DNA from: Bacilli bacterium
Lineage (GTDB): Bacteria > Bacillota_I > Bacilli_A > RF39 > UBA660
NCBI GenBank assembly: GCA_017484205.1
Contig: JAFUTO010000032.1
Coordinates: 77,027-141,026 of the forward strand
Direction: 5' to 3'
DNA length: 64,000 nt
The notes below the pieces were generated by a model, which was not told the origin of the DNA, did not search any database, and saw only the letters and a program-made list of their open reading frames with translations. Within the stretch, counting starts at the first letter, position 1; each line of letters opens with the position of its first letter. Positions 28,107 to 37,189 of this stretch are shown piece by piece. The translations under genes and the position numbers were made by a program.

Positions 28107-28397
28107 TTATTTTTCTATCTCCTCATTTAATTCTTTTTCATTAGATATATCATATTTTTTTCTATATTCGTCTAAATGTCTTAGTTCTTCCCTAGTTAAT
28201 AAATCAACCATCCCATGACTATTGTAGACAAATACTTCATCATATAGAAAATCATAGAATTCTTTACCTTTCCATTTATTATCTTCATCATAAGCAACAA
28301 TATTATTATTTTTATCATATTCTAAATTAATATCATAAATTTTGTGTTTATATAAAATATGATCAATTAAATCTAATTCATTATCTAAATATTTCAT
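28107..28397 (-). CDS. hypothetical ICE accessory protein, acidic tail ...NEEIEK
   Basis: ORF track; ATGA overlap with the upstream gene. No recognised domain. Confidence 0.55.
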   Translation of the reverse strand: MKYLDNELDLIDHILYKHKIYDINLEYDKNNNIVAYDEDNKWKGKEFYDFLYDEVFVYNSHGMVDLLTREELRHLDEYRKKYDISNEKELNEEIEK

Positions 28398-28870
28398 CTT
28401 TCTATCTCATTCTCCTCTTCTTTTTCAATGTTTTTAGTATCATTATTTATATCATAATGTTTTCTGTCAGTTTCTAGTTCATTGTAAACAAAATCCAGTC
28501 TATTCTCTTTTGAATAGTCTTTATACTTTTCATATATATCATTCAACAATATTTTAAATGTATTTTTTAATTTATTTATATCAGAATCAGGAGTTGCAGA
28601 TAAACTATAAATAGCAGCTGCTTCACCAGTTAAAACAAAATTACCATTTCTATCCTCAGCAAATATTGAAAAGTGACGAGGATAAATATCAGCACTCAAT
28701 GTAAAAAAGACAGCAAACTTATCTTCTTTAACAGCATTACCACCATAACCCATATACTTAATTTCTTCATCCCTATGGAAATAAACTGTATATCCTTTTT
28801 CTTTCATAAAATCATAAAATATATTTTCTACTGCTTCTTCTTGCTCTAAAAAATTTCTTCTATCTATCAT
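28394..28870 (-). CDS. hypothetical ICE accessory protein, acidic tail ...EEENEIER
   Basis: ORF track; AGGAGGA SD. No recognised domain. Confidence 0.55.
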   Translation of the reverse strand: MIDRRNFLEQEEAVENIFYDFMKEKGYTVYFHRDEEIKYMGYGGNAVKEDKFAVFFTLSADIYPRHFSIFAEDRNGNFVLTGEAAAIYSLSATPDSDINKLKNTFKILLNDIYEKYKDYSKENRLDFVYNELETDRKHYDINNDTKNIEKEEENEIER

Positions 28871-28882
28871 TTTATATCCTCC

Positions 28883-28909
28883 TTATTTTTCTATTTCTTC
28901 TTCTAAATC
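28883..28909 (-). repeat. 27-nt gene-end repeat (copy 1): D-L-E-E-E-I-E-K stop
   Basis: Plus strand TTATTTTTCTATTTCTTCTTCTAAATC is identical to 42236-42262. It shares a 20-nt core ATTTTTCTATTTCTTCTTCT with the 33-nt repeat. Confidence 0.85.
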
Positions 28910-29179
28910 AATTTCTTTTAAATCGTAAATTGAAATTAATGATTTAAATTGAGAATATTGAAAATCACCTTTCATTTCTTCTGATATATAATCAATTATT
29001 TCTTTTACTTCATTAGGATTAAGACTTTTATTATAAACTCTTTCTAATTCCTCTTGCTGCTTTTCTGTACCCATAGACAAAGCTAGTGGTGAATCACTTA
29101 CATATTTCTTATCCATTAAACAATGTGCTAGTGCTTCTCTATATTCAGAATCTAAAGCTGTTAATGTTTCTTCAATCAT
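28883..29179 (-). CDS. hypothetical ICE accessory protein, acidic tail ...LEEEIEK
   Basis: ORF track; the 3-prime end is the 27-nt repeat shared with 42236-42262. Confidence 0.55.
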   Translation of the reverse strand: MIEETLTALDSEYREALAHCLMDKKYVSDSPLALSMGTEKQQEELERVYNKSLNPNEVKEIIDYISEEMKGDFQYSQFKSLISIYDLKEIDLEEEIEK

Positions 29180-29198
29180 ACTTACTGTGATTATTTTA

Positions 29199-29891
29199 CT
29201 AATTTTGTTCTACCTCCATTTCATCTTTATTTTCCTCTATTACTGACTTGTTTTTAGAAAAATGATTTTTAAATTGCTCATATAGTCTATCCATGATTTT
29301 TTCTTGATCCATATCTGGATTAAACCAGTCAATTTCTTCAGTTTCCTTTTTCCAATTATTAAGGTCTATTCTATATCCATACTCTATTTTTGCCTTACCT
29401 TCATTATAAAATAATTCAATAGAATAAGCATAATTAGATAATCTTGCAACACTAGATGAACCTGCATATTCTTTATAACCTGGATAAGTATAATTTTCAC
29501 CTGCTACATAACCTTTCTCTCCAAGTAAATTAATATCAAAATCTTCTAAAATAAATTCATCTAAGTCTAATTGTTCTAATAAATTATCTCTTAATTCTAT
29601 ATATTTATTATAATATTTTAAATGTTCCCTATAATCTTTTTCAGGAACATTATATTTTTTTATAAAGTTTTCAGCTCGTACCTTCCAATATTCTTCTTTT
29701 TCTCCCATTACTAATAAATCTTTAATAGTCCACCCATTAGCATATATTTCATTATAATTTAACACATCTTTATAAAGTGATTCTAAATAACTTGGAATAT
29801 AGTCTTTTATATATTCCAACATAGATAAATCTCCATAATCATAGTTTTTCCTAAATTCTTTTAAATTTATTTCATATAATGGTTTTGTCAT
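29199..29891 (-). CDS. hypothetical ICE accessory protein, tail ...DEMEVEQN
   Basis: ORF track. No recognised domain. Confidence 0.55.
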   Translation of the reverse strand: MTKPLYEINLKEFRKNYDYGDLSMLEYIKDYIPSYLESLYKDVLNYNEIYANGWTIKDLLVMGEKEEYWKVRAENFIKKYNVPEKDYREHLKYYNKYIELRDNLLEQLDLDEFILEDFDINLLGEKGYVAGENYTYPGYKEYAGSSSVARLSNYAYSIELFYNEGKAKIEYGYRIDLNNWKKETEEIDWFNPDMDQEKIMDRLYEQFKNHFSKNKSVIEENKDEMEVEQN

Positions 29892-29894
29892 ATT

Positions 29895-29927
29895 TCTCTC
29901 CTTTTCTATTTTTCTATTTCTTCTTCT
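29895..29927 (-). repeat. 33-nt gene-junction repeat (copy 1): ...EEEIEK stop + AAAAGGAGAGA
   Basis: Plus strand TCTCTCCTTTTCTATTTTTCTATTTCTTCTTCT is identical to 38322-38354. Confidence 0.85.
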
Positions 29928-30520
29928 GGTTCTTTATTTATACTATTTACTTTTTCTACAAGAAAATCTATTTTATCTGATATGGTTTCATATTTATTAC
30001 CATAGCAAAATTCCATTTCTATATTTTCGTTGATTATAGCTTTAAAAGTATTATAAATATCATTCATATTAGTAACTTTAATTGAATGTATCTTAATATC
30101 AAATGATTCAAATAAACGCTTATAAAATTTTTCAAAATCTTTTTCTGTAAAATTTTCTAATGGCATAAGACTTTTAAAACTAACATTAAACTCTGAACCA
30201 ACATTTCTAATTTTTAAAAATCTATTGTTCCATAAATCCATCATTTTTTCTTTATCATACTCTTTAAATAAAAAAATAAAAGTTCCTGTATCTCTTGAAT
30301 TAACACAATTGGTATGATCAATAATTGTTTCGTACTTTCCTTCATCTTGCACTATAATTCTATTACCTGCTTTTAACTTATTTACAATATTCATATATTT
30401 AGGATTATGTAAATCCCTAGGAAAATACTCATATATTCGTAAATAGTGTATAATTGCTTCATTCAAATTATCCCATACATCTAAATTTTTATTTATAAAC
30501 ACATATATAAAATTATTCAT
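29906..30520 (-). CDS. hypothetical ICE accessory protein, acidic tail ...PEEEIEK
   Basis: ORF track; the 3-prime end plus downstream SD is the 33-nt repeat shared with 38322-38354. Confidence 0.55.
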   Translation of the reverse strand: MNNFIYVFINKNLDVWDNLNEAIIHYLRIYEYFPRDLHNPKYMNIVNKLKAGNRIIVQDEGKYETIIDHTNCVNSRDTGTFIFLFKEYDKEKMMDLWNNRFLKIRNVGSEFNVSFKSLMPLENFTEKDFEKFYKRLFESFDIKIHSIKVTNMNDIYNTFKAIINENIEMEFCYGNKYETISDKIDFLVEKVNSINKEPEEEIEK

Positions 30521-31254
30521 TTTTCTATTTCCTCCTCTATTTCATTTTCTATATTTTTTTCTAAATCTTCGCAGTAATTTTTTCTATTAATATTTACAAC
30601 AGGGATAAGATCTTTATCAGAAAATAATTTCATTAATGCCTCTACACCATTTTGCTGTTTATATAACATTTCCTCTCTATATAGTGGAAATACTTGATAA
30701 AAATTAATTCTACCTTTATCTGGTAATGTTAAATCCAAATACTCATAATCTTTATTCAAAGCATTAAGTAAAAGTGTACTAGATAACTTTGTATTACTTG
30801 CAAATGGTTTTGTAGCCTTTTCATCTTCTGAAAAAGAATGTCCAAATCCTATCCATGAATCTTCCATTATTGGTGTTCTAGCAATATTTTTTATTTGACT
30901 TATAACCCATCCATTCTCTTCTTTTTCAAAATCAAAATTCCAATCTGATGGTAAATACATAATTAATTCTGCTCTGTCCAATCCTTCGTCTTTAATAATA
31001 TCTGGAACATTCATTTTATAAGCACCTAATCCTCTAGTAACTAACTTATAAAAATTATTTTTTGAATCAGGTGGAATTATCAATATATCCAAATGAACAT
31101 CAGGTGAATATAGTTCATGATAAACCATATCAAACTCACCAATATTATCTTTTATATATTCTTCGTATAATTTTATATCACTAGCATTGTATACATATTT
31201 TGGTGGTTCTTGTAAACCTTTCAAATAATAATTCATTTTTTTAGTAAAACTCAA
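30517..31254 (-). CDS. SUFU-like (Imm-SUFU type) protein, acidic tail ...IEEEIEK
   Basis: YHELYSPDVHLDILIIPPDSKNNFYKLVTRGLGAYKMNVP...AELIMYLPSDWNF...WVISQIKNIARTPIMEDSWIGFGHSF resembles the bacterial Suppressor-of-fused family (h.D....p......lvT.GmS...m...EL...lp..W......W....l...a......w...GH). Confidence 0.45.
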   Translation of the reverse strand: MSFTKKMNYYLKGLQEPPKYVYNASDIKLYEEYIKDNIGEFDMVYHELYSPDVHLDILIIPPDSKNNFYKLVTRGLGAYKMNVPDIIKDEGLDRAELIMYLPSDWNFDFEKEENGWVISQIKNIARTPIMEDSWIGFGHSFSEDEKATKPFASNTKLSSTLLLNALNKDYEYLDLTLPDKGRINFYQVFPLYREEMLYKQQNGVEALMKLFSDKDLIPVVNINRKNYCEDLEKNIENEIEEEIEK

Positions 31255-31266
31255 ATTATCATCTCC

Positions 31267-32952
31267 TTATTTTCCTTTATAATATTCATTAACCTTTTTC
31301 TTTTCATCTTGAGAAATTTTTTCAATATCCTCACCATTAACTCTTTCTACTTCTTTATCATCTTTGTCATATAATACATATTCTTTATCATCTACTAAAT
31401 AAATAATTCCTCTGGTATCAAAACTAACCCAAGCAATACTCTTTTTAGGAACATAAAAAAAGTATTCACTATATGGAATACGGACACAATATGTATCTGA
31501 TGAAGAGCGTTTTTCATCAATCATATTTTTACTAATAGAAATACTTTTAATATATCCTTTTTCACTTTCTAAAGAAATACCCTTAATCTTTTCTAATTCA
31601 CTAGCTTTATTTTTTAAATAAGTAAGATAAGCATATTTTTGATTCATATCAATTCTCATCTTATTTGCTTCAGAAATAATTTCTTCTACTTCTTCTGGTA
31701 TTTCTACATTTAATTCTTTTTTCAAATCTAAAAATGTTTGAACTTCTTTTGGGAGTTCTGCATCTATTGGATATATTTCTTGTTGCTCTAAGTATCCATT
31801 ATAATCATCTAAATATTTTATATATAAATTACATAATGGAACTCTAAGTTGTAATGTTTCATGTTTTGATAATAAAGAGTTATATTCTGTTTCCCTTTGC
31901 TCTATATCTTTCTTTATTTCATTTAATTGATAATCTAAAGAATCGTAGTTATATATTTCATGACTATTTAAAAAGTTAATTGTATCTACTAACTGATGAT
32001 AACGCCTTACTTCTAAATAGCGAGAATTATAATATTTAAAATATTCAGAGTTAGCATCTAAATCTTGCATAGTATATAAAACTGAATGTTTTGATAAATT
32101 GGCTAGTTGATCATATATATTTAAAATATCACTATCACTAACATTTAATTTATAATCTTCAAAATTAATAACCTTTTGATTTTTTCTCTTTTCTCTGAAA
32201 AATAATTTTAATGCTTCTTCACTATAATCATCACCTAGAATTTTCATTGTTACATATCTTTCTTTTCCATAAGGCTTTATACGAATGTTTTTCCCTTGTT
32301 TAATTAAATATCCTTCTAAAGCAAGTTGCTCTAATAATTCATCAAAAGAATAACATCTATCTTTTAGTGTTTCTATCATTTCAATTATTTGACTTCGCCA
32401 AGATTTATTTGCAAGATTATATAAATATTTATTTTTATGATAATGACCAATCTTTGGAGCATCTTCAATTATATGAAGACCATGTTCTAATGCAATTTGA
32501 TCACTTACATCTCTTAATCCATACAATCCTTCAATTGGATTAGATAGTCTATCTTCTAGTTTTCTACCTTTCAGATTTACAGCTGAAATGCAGAAGTGAT
32601 TATGCAAATGTAAATGGTCTACATGAGTACAAACTACTACTTGAAAATCTGGATATAATTTTTTTGCAAGTTCTATTCCCATTTGATGCACTTCTTCAGG
32701 AGTTAAGTTTTTTTCTTTTGGATCAAATGATTGATAAGCATGATAACATGTTCTACTATCATCATTTTCTTCAATACGAAATTTTTGACTATTTATCTGC
32801 ATCTCATAAGCTGCGAATTCAGAAGAACAATTTATTCCTGTTACTAATGTTCCATCTTTCGTTTTATCTGGATTCTTAATATAGTTAATACAATCAACTC
32901 TTCCTTTTACTCCATGTACTGACCATCTAGCTGTTGCTGGAATAAATATCAC
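31267..32952 (-). CDS. relaxase/mobilisation nuclease (MobA/VirD2 Relaxase-family)
   Basis: ATARWSVHGVKGRVDCINYIKNPDKT N-terminus and the His triad CTHVDHLHLHNHFCISAVN. Start placed at an in-frame GTG (32950-32952). The track ATG at 33015 would give an 89-nt overlap with the MobC-like gene and a non-homologous extension. Confidence 0.75.
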   Translation of the reverse strand: MIFIPATARWSVHGVKGRVDCINYIKNPDKTKDGTLVTGINCSSEFAAYEMQINSQKFRIEENDDSRTCYHAYQSFDPKEKNLTPEEVHQMGIELAKKLYPDFQVVVCTHVDHLHLHNHFCISAVNLKGRKLEDRLSNPIEGLYGLRDVSDQIALEHGLHIIEDAPKIGHYHKNKYLYNLANKSWRSQIIEMIETLKDRCYSFDELLEQLALEGYLIKQGKNIRIKPYGKERYVTMKILGDDYSEEALKLFFREKRKNQKVINFEDYKLNVSDSDILNIYDQLANLSKHSVLYTMQDLDANSEYFKYYNSRYLEVRRYHQLVDTINFLNSHEIYNYDSLDYQLNEIKKDIEQRETEYNSLLSKHETLQLRVPLCNLYIKYLDDYNGYLEQQEIYPIDAELPKEVQTFLDLKKELNVEIPEEVEEIISEANKMRIDMNQKYAYLTYLKNKASELEKIKGISLESEKGYIKSISISKNMIDEKRSSSDTYCVRIPYSEYFFYVPKKSIAWVSFDTRGIIYLVDDKEYVLYDKDDKEVERVNGEDIEKISQDEKKKVNEYYKGK

Positions 32953-33727
32953 CTTCCGTTTCCAATTGCTGACTATATAAATTATATATATAATCTGCTT
33001 CCATCTCTTCTGCATATTTTGATGCTGATTCTTTATCTACAAAAGGCATCACAATACCATATCTTAACTTATCATTGAAACGATAAATAGAAATATATAA
33101 TTCCTTCTTCATAGCAATTTGACGATAGTTGTCAATTTTCTCTTTAAACTTATCTGGATTGAAATTTTTAATTTCAATTTCATCATAGTATTCTGGTAAA
33201 AAAACAATATATATAACAGCTTCATTTGGATGATATAAATTAGAAGGTCTTAATACCAATCCCCATTCACCAGCAATTTGTATTTTAGGTATCAATTTAT
33301 CTGAATCATATTTTTCTATCATATTAATTCTTTGTTGAATTTTCTTTTCTGAATTAACAGACAAGGAAGAAATTACAATTCTTGATAATCTACCTATCTT
33401 TTCTATAATTTGTTGATTCTGAATTTTTATTTTATCAACATCTTCTTTTGTTAGAAAAACATTTTTTATTAATTTTCTTTGAACATTTAATAGTTCTCTT
33501 AACTCTTTTATATATTCACTAACCTTATTACAAACTTTTTCTTTTCCATGAACATCTTCAACATAAATGTTTTCATATATACATGCTGCTCTTATATATT
33601 CGGCTAAGCAATCTCCAAATCCATATTTAATAGCTTTTTCTTTTATTATTTTTCGTTCTTCTTCATTAAGCATCACATTTATCTTTTGTCTTCTTAATTT
33701 ACTATATTTTTCGTCTTGATTGCTCAT
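32927..33727 (-). CDS. MobC/RHH-like relaxosome accessory protein
   Basis: RRQKINVMLNEEERKIIKEKAIKYGFGDCLAEYIRAACI fits the MobC pattern (r...v.v.lt.eE...i..kA...g.s.seYiR); immediately upstream of the relaxase. Confidence 0.5.
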   Translation of the reverse strand: MSNQDEKYSKLRRQKINVMLNEEERKIIKEKAIKYGFGDCLAEYIRAACIYENIYVEDVHGKEKVCNKVSEYIKELRELLNVQRKLIKNVFLTKEDVDKIKIQNQQIIEKIGRLSRIVISSLSVNSEKKIQQRINMIEKYDSDKLIPKIQIAGEWGLVLRPSNLYHPNEAVIYIVFLPEYYDEIEIKNFNPDKFKEKIDNYRQIAMKKELYISIYRFNDKLRYGIVMPFVDKESASKYAEEMEADYIYNLYSQQLETEGDIYSSNS

Positions 33728-34262
33728 ACATTATCCTTTTCTTTTTTTGAAGATCCAATTTATACAATTCTAAATTTTCTAAATATGAAGTACGAAAATA
33801 ATTTTCACTTAGCCATTTAACTCCTTCTTTTGAAACTAAAACTTTCCCATCTTCTAAATATTGTTGAGAAAAATTATTATTTCTCATACGAATTAAAGCT
33901 ACATATATTGTGTTAATACTTTTATCAAAAAATATAGACAATTCCCTAACTGTCATAGGATTATATTCTATCTCTTTATGAGGGATACCCAATTCTTTTT
34001 CTAATCGTAATATTTGTCTTCTAAAAAATTCTATATCCAAATCTAAATAATATTTTTTTTCATTTGAATATACATCCCTTAACCATTCAACAAATTCTAA
34101 TTTAAAATATACAACTCTCTGACCATTGGATGCTATTCTCTCATCTATCCATTCTTCCAATGGATGTCTTTTTATCATCTTTTTTATTGCTATATCCATC
34201 TGTTTATCAGTCATATTAAAATTTTTCTGCACTCTCCACTTTTCCTGAACTTTAAATTCCAT
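33702..34262 (-). CDS. hypothetical DNA-binding protein (first gene after the oriT-like region)
   Basis: ORF track; internal HTH-like MTVRELSIFFDKSINTIYVALIRM. Confidence 0.35.
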   Translation of the reverse strand: MEFKVQEKWRVQKNFNMTDKQMDIAIKKMIKRHPLEEWIDERIASNGQRVVYFKLEFVEWLRDVYSNEKKYYLDLDIEFFRRQILRLEKELGIPHKEIEYNPMTVRELSIFFDKSINTIYVALIRMRNNNFSQQYLEDGKVLVSKEGVKWLSENYFRTSYLENLELYKLDLQKKKRIMYEQSRRKI

Positions 34263-34264
34263 AT

Positions 34265-34420
34265 TTGCTCCTTTCTTACTTCAGTAGAAAGCACCCCTTA
34301 CAGAGTATAGAAATATAATCTATCAAGCATGGTGTTGACACACCCCTAAGCTTGTTAGGGAATGTCCCTAAAACCCACTAAGTAGTCGCTGACAGTTAGT
34401 AGAATTTTTTTCAAAAATTA
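34265..34420. promoter_or_regulatory. candidate oriT plus promoter of the MOB operon
   Basis: The only GC-enriched non-coding stretch of the element. Inverted repeats TTAGGGA-atg-TCCCTAA (34365-34381) and GGTGT-tgac-ACACC (34331-34344). Direct repeat CACCCCT(T/A)A (34292-34300, 34341-34349). Minus-strand TTGATA-17-TATACT promoter. Directly upstream of the MOB genes. Confidence 0.4.
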
Positions 34421-34789
34421 TTAATAATATTTTTCATTTTCATCTATTTCTAATGATGAAAAATAATCCAAACTATTATAAAAAACTGCTTCAGAAATTT
34501 CACCTGAAGTAGCTTTTTCTAAATCATTTTTTGTTAAATTTCCTCTTGTATAATGATCAGTTAGATAATGAGAAATTGAATAAGGATTTATATTTTCATT
34601 CTCAACTTTTGATGTAATTTTATAAATAAATTTTGCATCTTCTTCATCAATATCAGGAAAACAATCATATATTCCTTTAAAAATATAATAAGATTTTAAA
34701 TTCTCTTTATGAGTTTCTGGCATAGTTTTATATATTGAAAATATATCCAAATTAATCAACCTCTCTTTCATCAATATCTTCAATTTCAA
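34421..34789 (-). CDS. hypothetical ICE accessory protein (paralog of 34752..35093)
   Basis: ORF track; shares the pattern I.K.S.V.....P.SI...L....Y with the upstream ORF; tail ...EIDENEKYY. Confidence 0.5.
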   Translation of the reverse strand: MKLKILMKERLINLDIFSIYKTMPETHKENLKSYYIFKGIYDCFPDIDEEDAKFIYKITSKVENENINPYSISHYLTDHYTRGNLTKNDLEKATSGEISEAVFYNSLDYFSSLEIDENEKYY

Positions 34790-35093
34790 GAGGGTTTCCT
34801 AATTCTTTTCCATTGTTATACCAATCATAGAAATCATCTACTGATAATGATTTTATTTGGTCAATTGTTATATTTTTTTCTTCATAAACTTCATTTGCAA
34901 GTGATTGTCCTATTGATATTGGATCTGTATAATCTCCATGAACTTCTGAACACTTTTTTATCAATAATTCTAACTCTTCTTTTGGAATATCATTTTTAAC
35001 ATTTGTCAAACCAATATAAAAGCAATAATCATAAATATTATAATCATCAAATGATGCTGAATATTCTTTTATTTTTTCAAAAGATTCTATCAT
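34752..35093 (-). CDS. hypothetical ICE accessory protein, acidic tail ...EIEDIDEREVD
   Basis: ORF track; ATGA-type overlap with ArdC. Confidence 0.5.
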   Translation of the reverse strand: MIESFEKIKEYSASFDDYNIYDYCFYIGLTNVKNDIPKEELELLIKKCSEVHGDYTDPISIGQSLANEVYEEKNITIDQIKSLSVDDFYDWYNNGKELGNPLEIEDIDEREVD

Positions 35094-36037
35094 ATATCCA
35101 TCTCCATTTCTTGTTCTATTTCGTTTATTTGAACTTTTTCTTTTTTAATACTATTTTCTTCTAAATAATCTACAATTTTGTTAGCATCTGTTATTGCATT
35201 AAACAATTCTTGTGGATTATTTTTTAATATTTCTAACCAATTCTTTACATAACTTTTATGATTATCTAAATGCCTTTTATCCTCTTCCAAATGAAACTTT
35301 TGCATTAAAAAAGAAGAACTAATTTCTGCTCTTAATTCTTCTTTGGCATAGCCTTCAGTTCCAAAATGGTCTTTCATATTTCTTGATAATCTTGATTCAT
35401 GTCCTGTTGAATGAGCTAATTCGTGAAGTTGTGTAGCATAATAAGAATTACTTGTTTTAAAAGTATTTGATGGTGGCAAAACAACTATATCTTTTGAAGG
35501 ACTATAATAAGCATTTTCTCCTTCTTCTTTATATCCAACGCCTATATTATCAATTATATTTTGAATATAATCATTACTAATAATTTCTTGTTTTTGTTCT
35601 GTTTTATCATTAACCAATCCATCAACTAAATCTCCATTGAATACTGTATAACTCATTTTACTTATTTTAAATTCTTTTTCTTTTTCAGGATTTTCTTCAA
35701 TAATTTTATTATATTCTTCAAAACTTATAATCTTATTATCTTTTTTATTTTTCATTGCCCACCATTCAACTGGTACACCTTTACCTTTTGCTGAACCAAT
35801 AAATTTCCAATGCTTTTTTCCCATTTGATTAAATGTAATCCATCTATTATCTTTATATCCTCTTTTATAAGCAATGTATGATAAATATAAATTATTTACA
35901 CCTCTATATTTTATTCCAGAAATAGCATTTTCAGGAATAGAAGTCTTCCACATTTGCTCCCATGGAATGTTTCCTTCCTCTAAACTTTTTATATACATAT
36001 CAATTAAATCTTGTCTAGTTTTTGGAAGTTTACTCAT
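35090..36037 (-). CDS. ardC: ArdC-like antirestriction protein (ssDNA-binding N-domain + zincin metalloprotease)
   Basis: N-terminal IPWEQMW...YRGVNNLYL...RWITFNQ (DUF1738/ArdC-N) and C-terminal HELAHSTGHESRLSR (HExxH). Tail ...EIEQEMEMDI. Confidence 0.8.
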   Translation of the reverse strand: MSKLPKTRQDLIDMYIKSLEEGNIPWEQMWKTSIPENAISGIKYRGVNNLYLSYIAYKRGYKDNRWITFNQMGKKHWKFIGSAKGKGVPVEWWAMKNKKDNKIISFEEYNKIIEENPEKEKEFKISKMSYTVFNGDLVDGLVNDKTEQKQEIISNDYIQNIIDNIGVGYKEEGENAYYSPSKDIVVLPPSNTFKTSNSYYATQLHELAHSTGHESRLSRNMKDHFGTEGYAKEELRAEISSSFLMQKFHLEEDKRHLDNHKSYVKNWLEILKNNPQELFNAITDANKIVDYLEENSIKKEKVQINEIEQEMEMDI

Positions 36038-36974
36038 ATTCTATTTCATCCATTTCTTGTTCTTGAGCTATCTCTTTATCTGTCATTTCATAAAATATAG
36101 GAATTGTAATTTCGTTAAATAAATCTTTATATACATACTTATTTTCATTAACTATAAATATATCTGACTCACTATCTTTTAATATTTCTCTAATATCTAT
36201 CATTCTTCTTATATCTCTTGATAACCTAGAAATATTAACAGAATATAGATCTAAAGTTTTATTATTTTTTATATCCTCTAATGCTTTTCCAAATGCTTTT
36301 TCATGATTTTTTAATCCTGAACATCTATCAAAATATATTCTTATTAATTCAGTATTTCCTTTAGCATTTTGATTAATAGAATACAAACATTTATCAATTT
36401 GGTTTTTTATAGCAATCATAGATTCACCTTGAACATTATCTACACGACAATAAATTGAATATAATTTATTATCTTTATTTTGTTCCCAAATCATATCTAA
36501 AACTTCATCTACTGCTTCCTTTAAAGAATCTGAATCCATTACATCATCATATTCTATTTCACCATCTTTATTATAAAAAGACAATTCAAACCAGTTATTA
36601 TTATCAATATCTAGTTCATATAATTCGTGTTTTTCGTTTAATATATCTAATAATTCATTATCATCTTTGATATATAATGACATCTCATCTTTAAATGCTC
36701 CAACTTCATTTTTATCTTTAACATGAGCAATTAAATTTCCTGCTTTTATTTGTTCACCATCAGGCGTTATATAATCTTTTTTTGCAATTAAATCACAAGA
36801 TACTATTCCTCTAGCAACAATTTTATATTCACCTTCTGAAGACTTTATACTTGCTACTTCTCCACCATACCAGAAAACATTATCATGATTTGGTTCTTCA
36901 TTTTCTTGAATTTTTATATCAACATTTAATCTTGTATATCCGTTTGGTGATATTTTTCCACGAACTAAATTCAT
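36030..36974 (-). CDS. two-domain protein: unknown N-domain + resolvase-like catalytic domain with Ser-to-Asp substitution, no DNA-binding domain
   Basis: YSIYCRVDNVQGES...RIYFDRCSGLKNHEKAFGKALEDIKNNKTLDLYSVNISRLSRDIRRMIDIREILKDSESDIFIVNEN aligns with gamma-delta-type resolvase (YaRVSt.qQ...ifsDk.SG....Rp.l..ll......D.lvv..lDRLgRd......i...l...gv.f). The nucleophile position reads D. Tail ...EQEMDEIEYE. Confidence 0.5.
   Translation of the reverse strand: MNLVRGKISPNGYTRLNVDIKIQENEEPNHDNVFWYGGEVASIKSSEGEYKIVARGIVSCDLIAKKDYITPDGEQIKAGNLIAHVKDKNEVGAFKDEMSLYIKDDNELLDILNEKHELYELDIDNNNWFELSFYNKDGEIEYDDVMDSDSLKEAVDEVLDMIWEQNKDNKLYSIYCRVDNVQGESMIAIKNQIDKCLYSINQNAKGNTELIRIYFDRCSGLKNHEKAFGKALEDIKNNKTLDLYSVNISRLSRDIRRMIDIREILKDSESDIFIVNENKYVYKDLFNEITIPIFYEMTDKEIAQEQEMDEIEYE
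36034..36064 (-). repeat. 31-nt gene-junction repeat (copy 1) spanning ...EQEMDEIEY and the ATG of ardC
   Basis: Plus strand TCATATTCTATTTCATCCATTTCTTGTTCTT is identical to 58713-58743. Confidence 0.85.
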
Positions 36975-37189
36975 TATTTATCTCCTAATATTTTAGTATC
37001 AAGATCTTGTTGCATTTGATAGATTTTTTCTTGTTGTTTTTTATAATCATATAATACTTTTAACTGTTTATCATAATCGGATATTACAACATTAATAGCA
37101 TCTATTTTATCTAGTTCCTTCTTCTTTAGTGCTTCTAACTTATCAATTTTTTTCTCTAATGGTTTATTCAAAATTAATTCTCCTTTCAT
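36974..37189 (-). CDS. hypothetical coiled-coil protein (71 aa)
   Basis: ORF track; overlaps neighbours at both ends (translational coupling). Confidence 0.45.
   Translation of the reverse strand: MKGELILNKPLEKKIDKLEALKKKELDKIDAINVVISDYDKQLKVLYDYKKQQEKIYQMQQDLDTKILGDK

Noticed and set aside
32941-33015. A non-canonical ATT start for the relaxase (analogous to the primase problem), or the long track start at 33015.
   Set aside because: An in-frame GTG at 32950-32952 is available just upstream of the conserved N-terminus, so no unusual initiation is required. The 33015 ATG would overlap the MobC-like gene by 89 nt and add a hydrophobic non-homologous extension. The exact start remains unverified.
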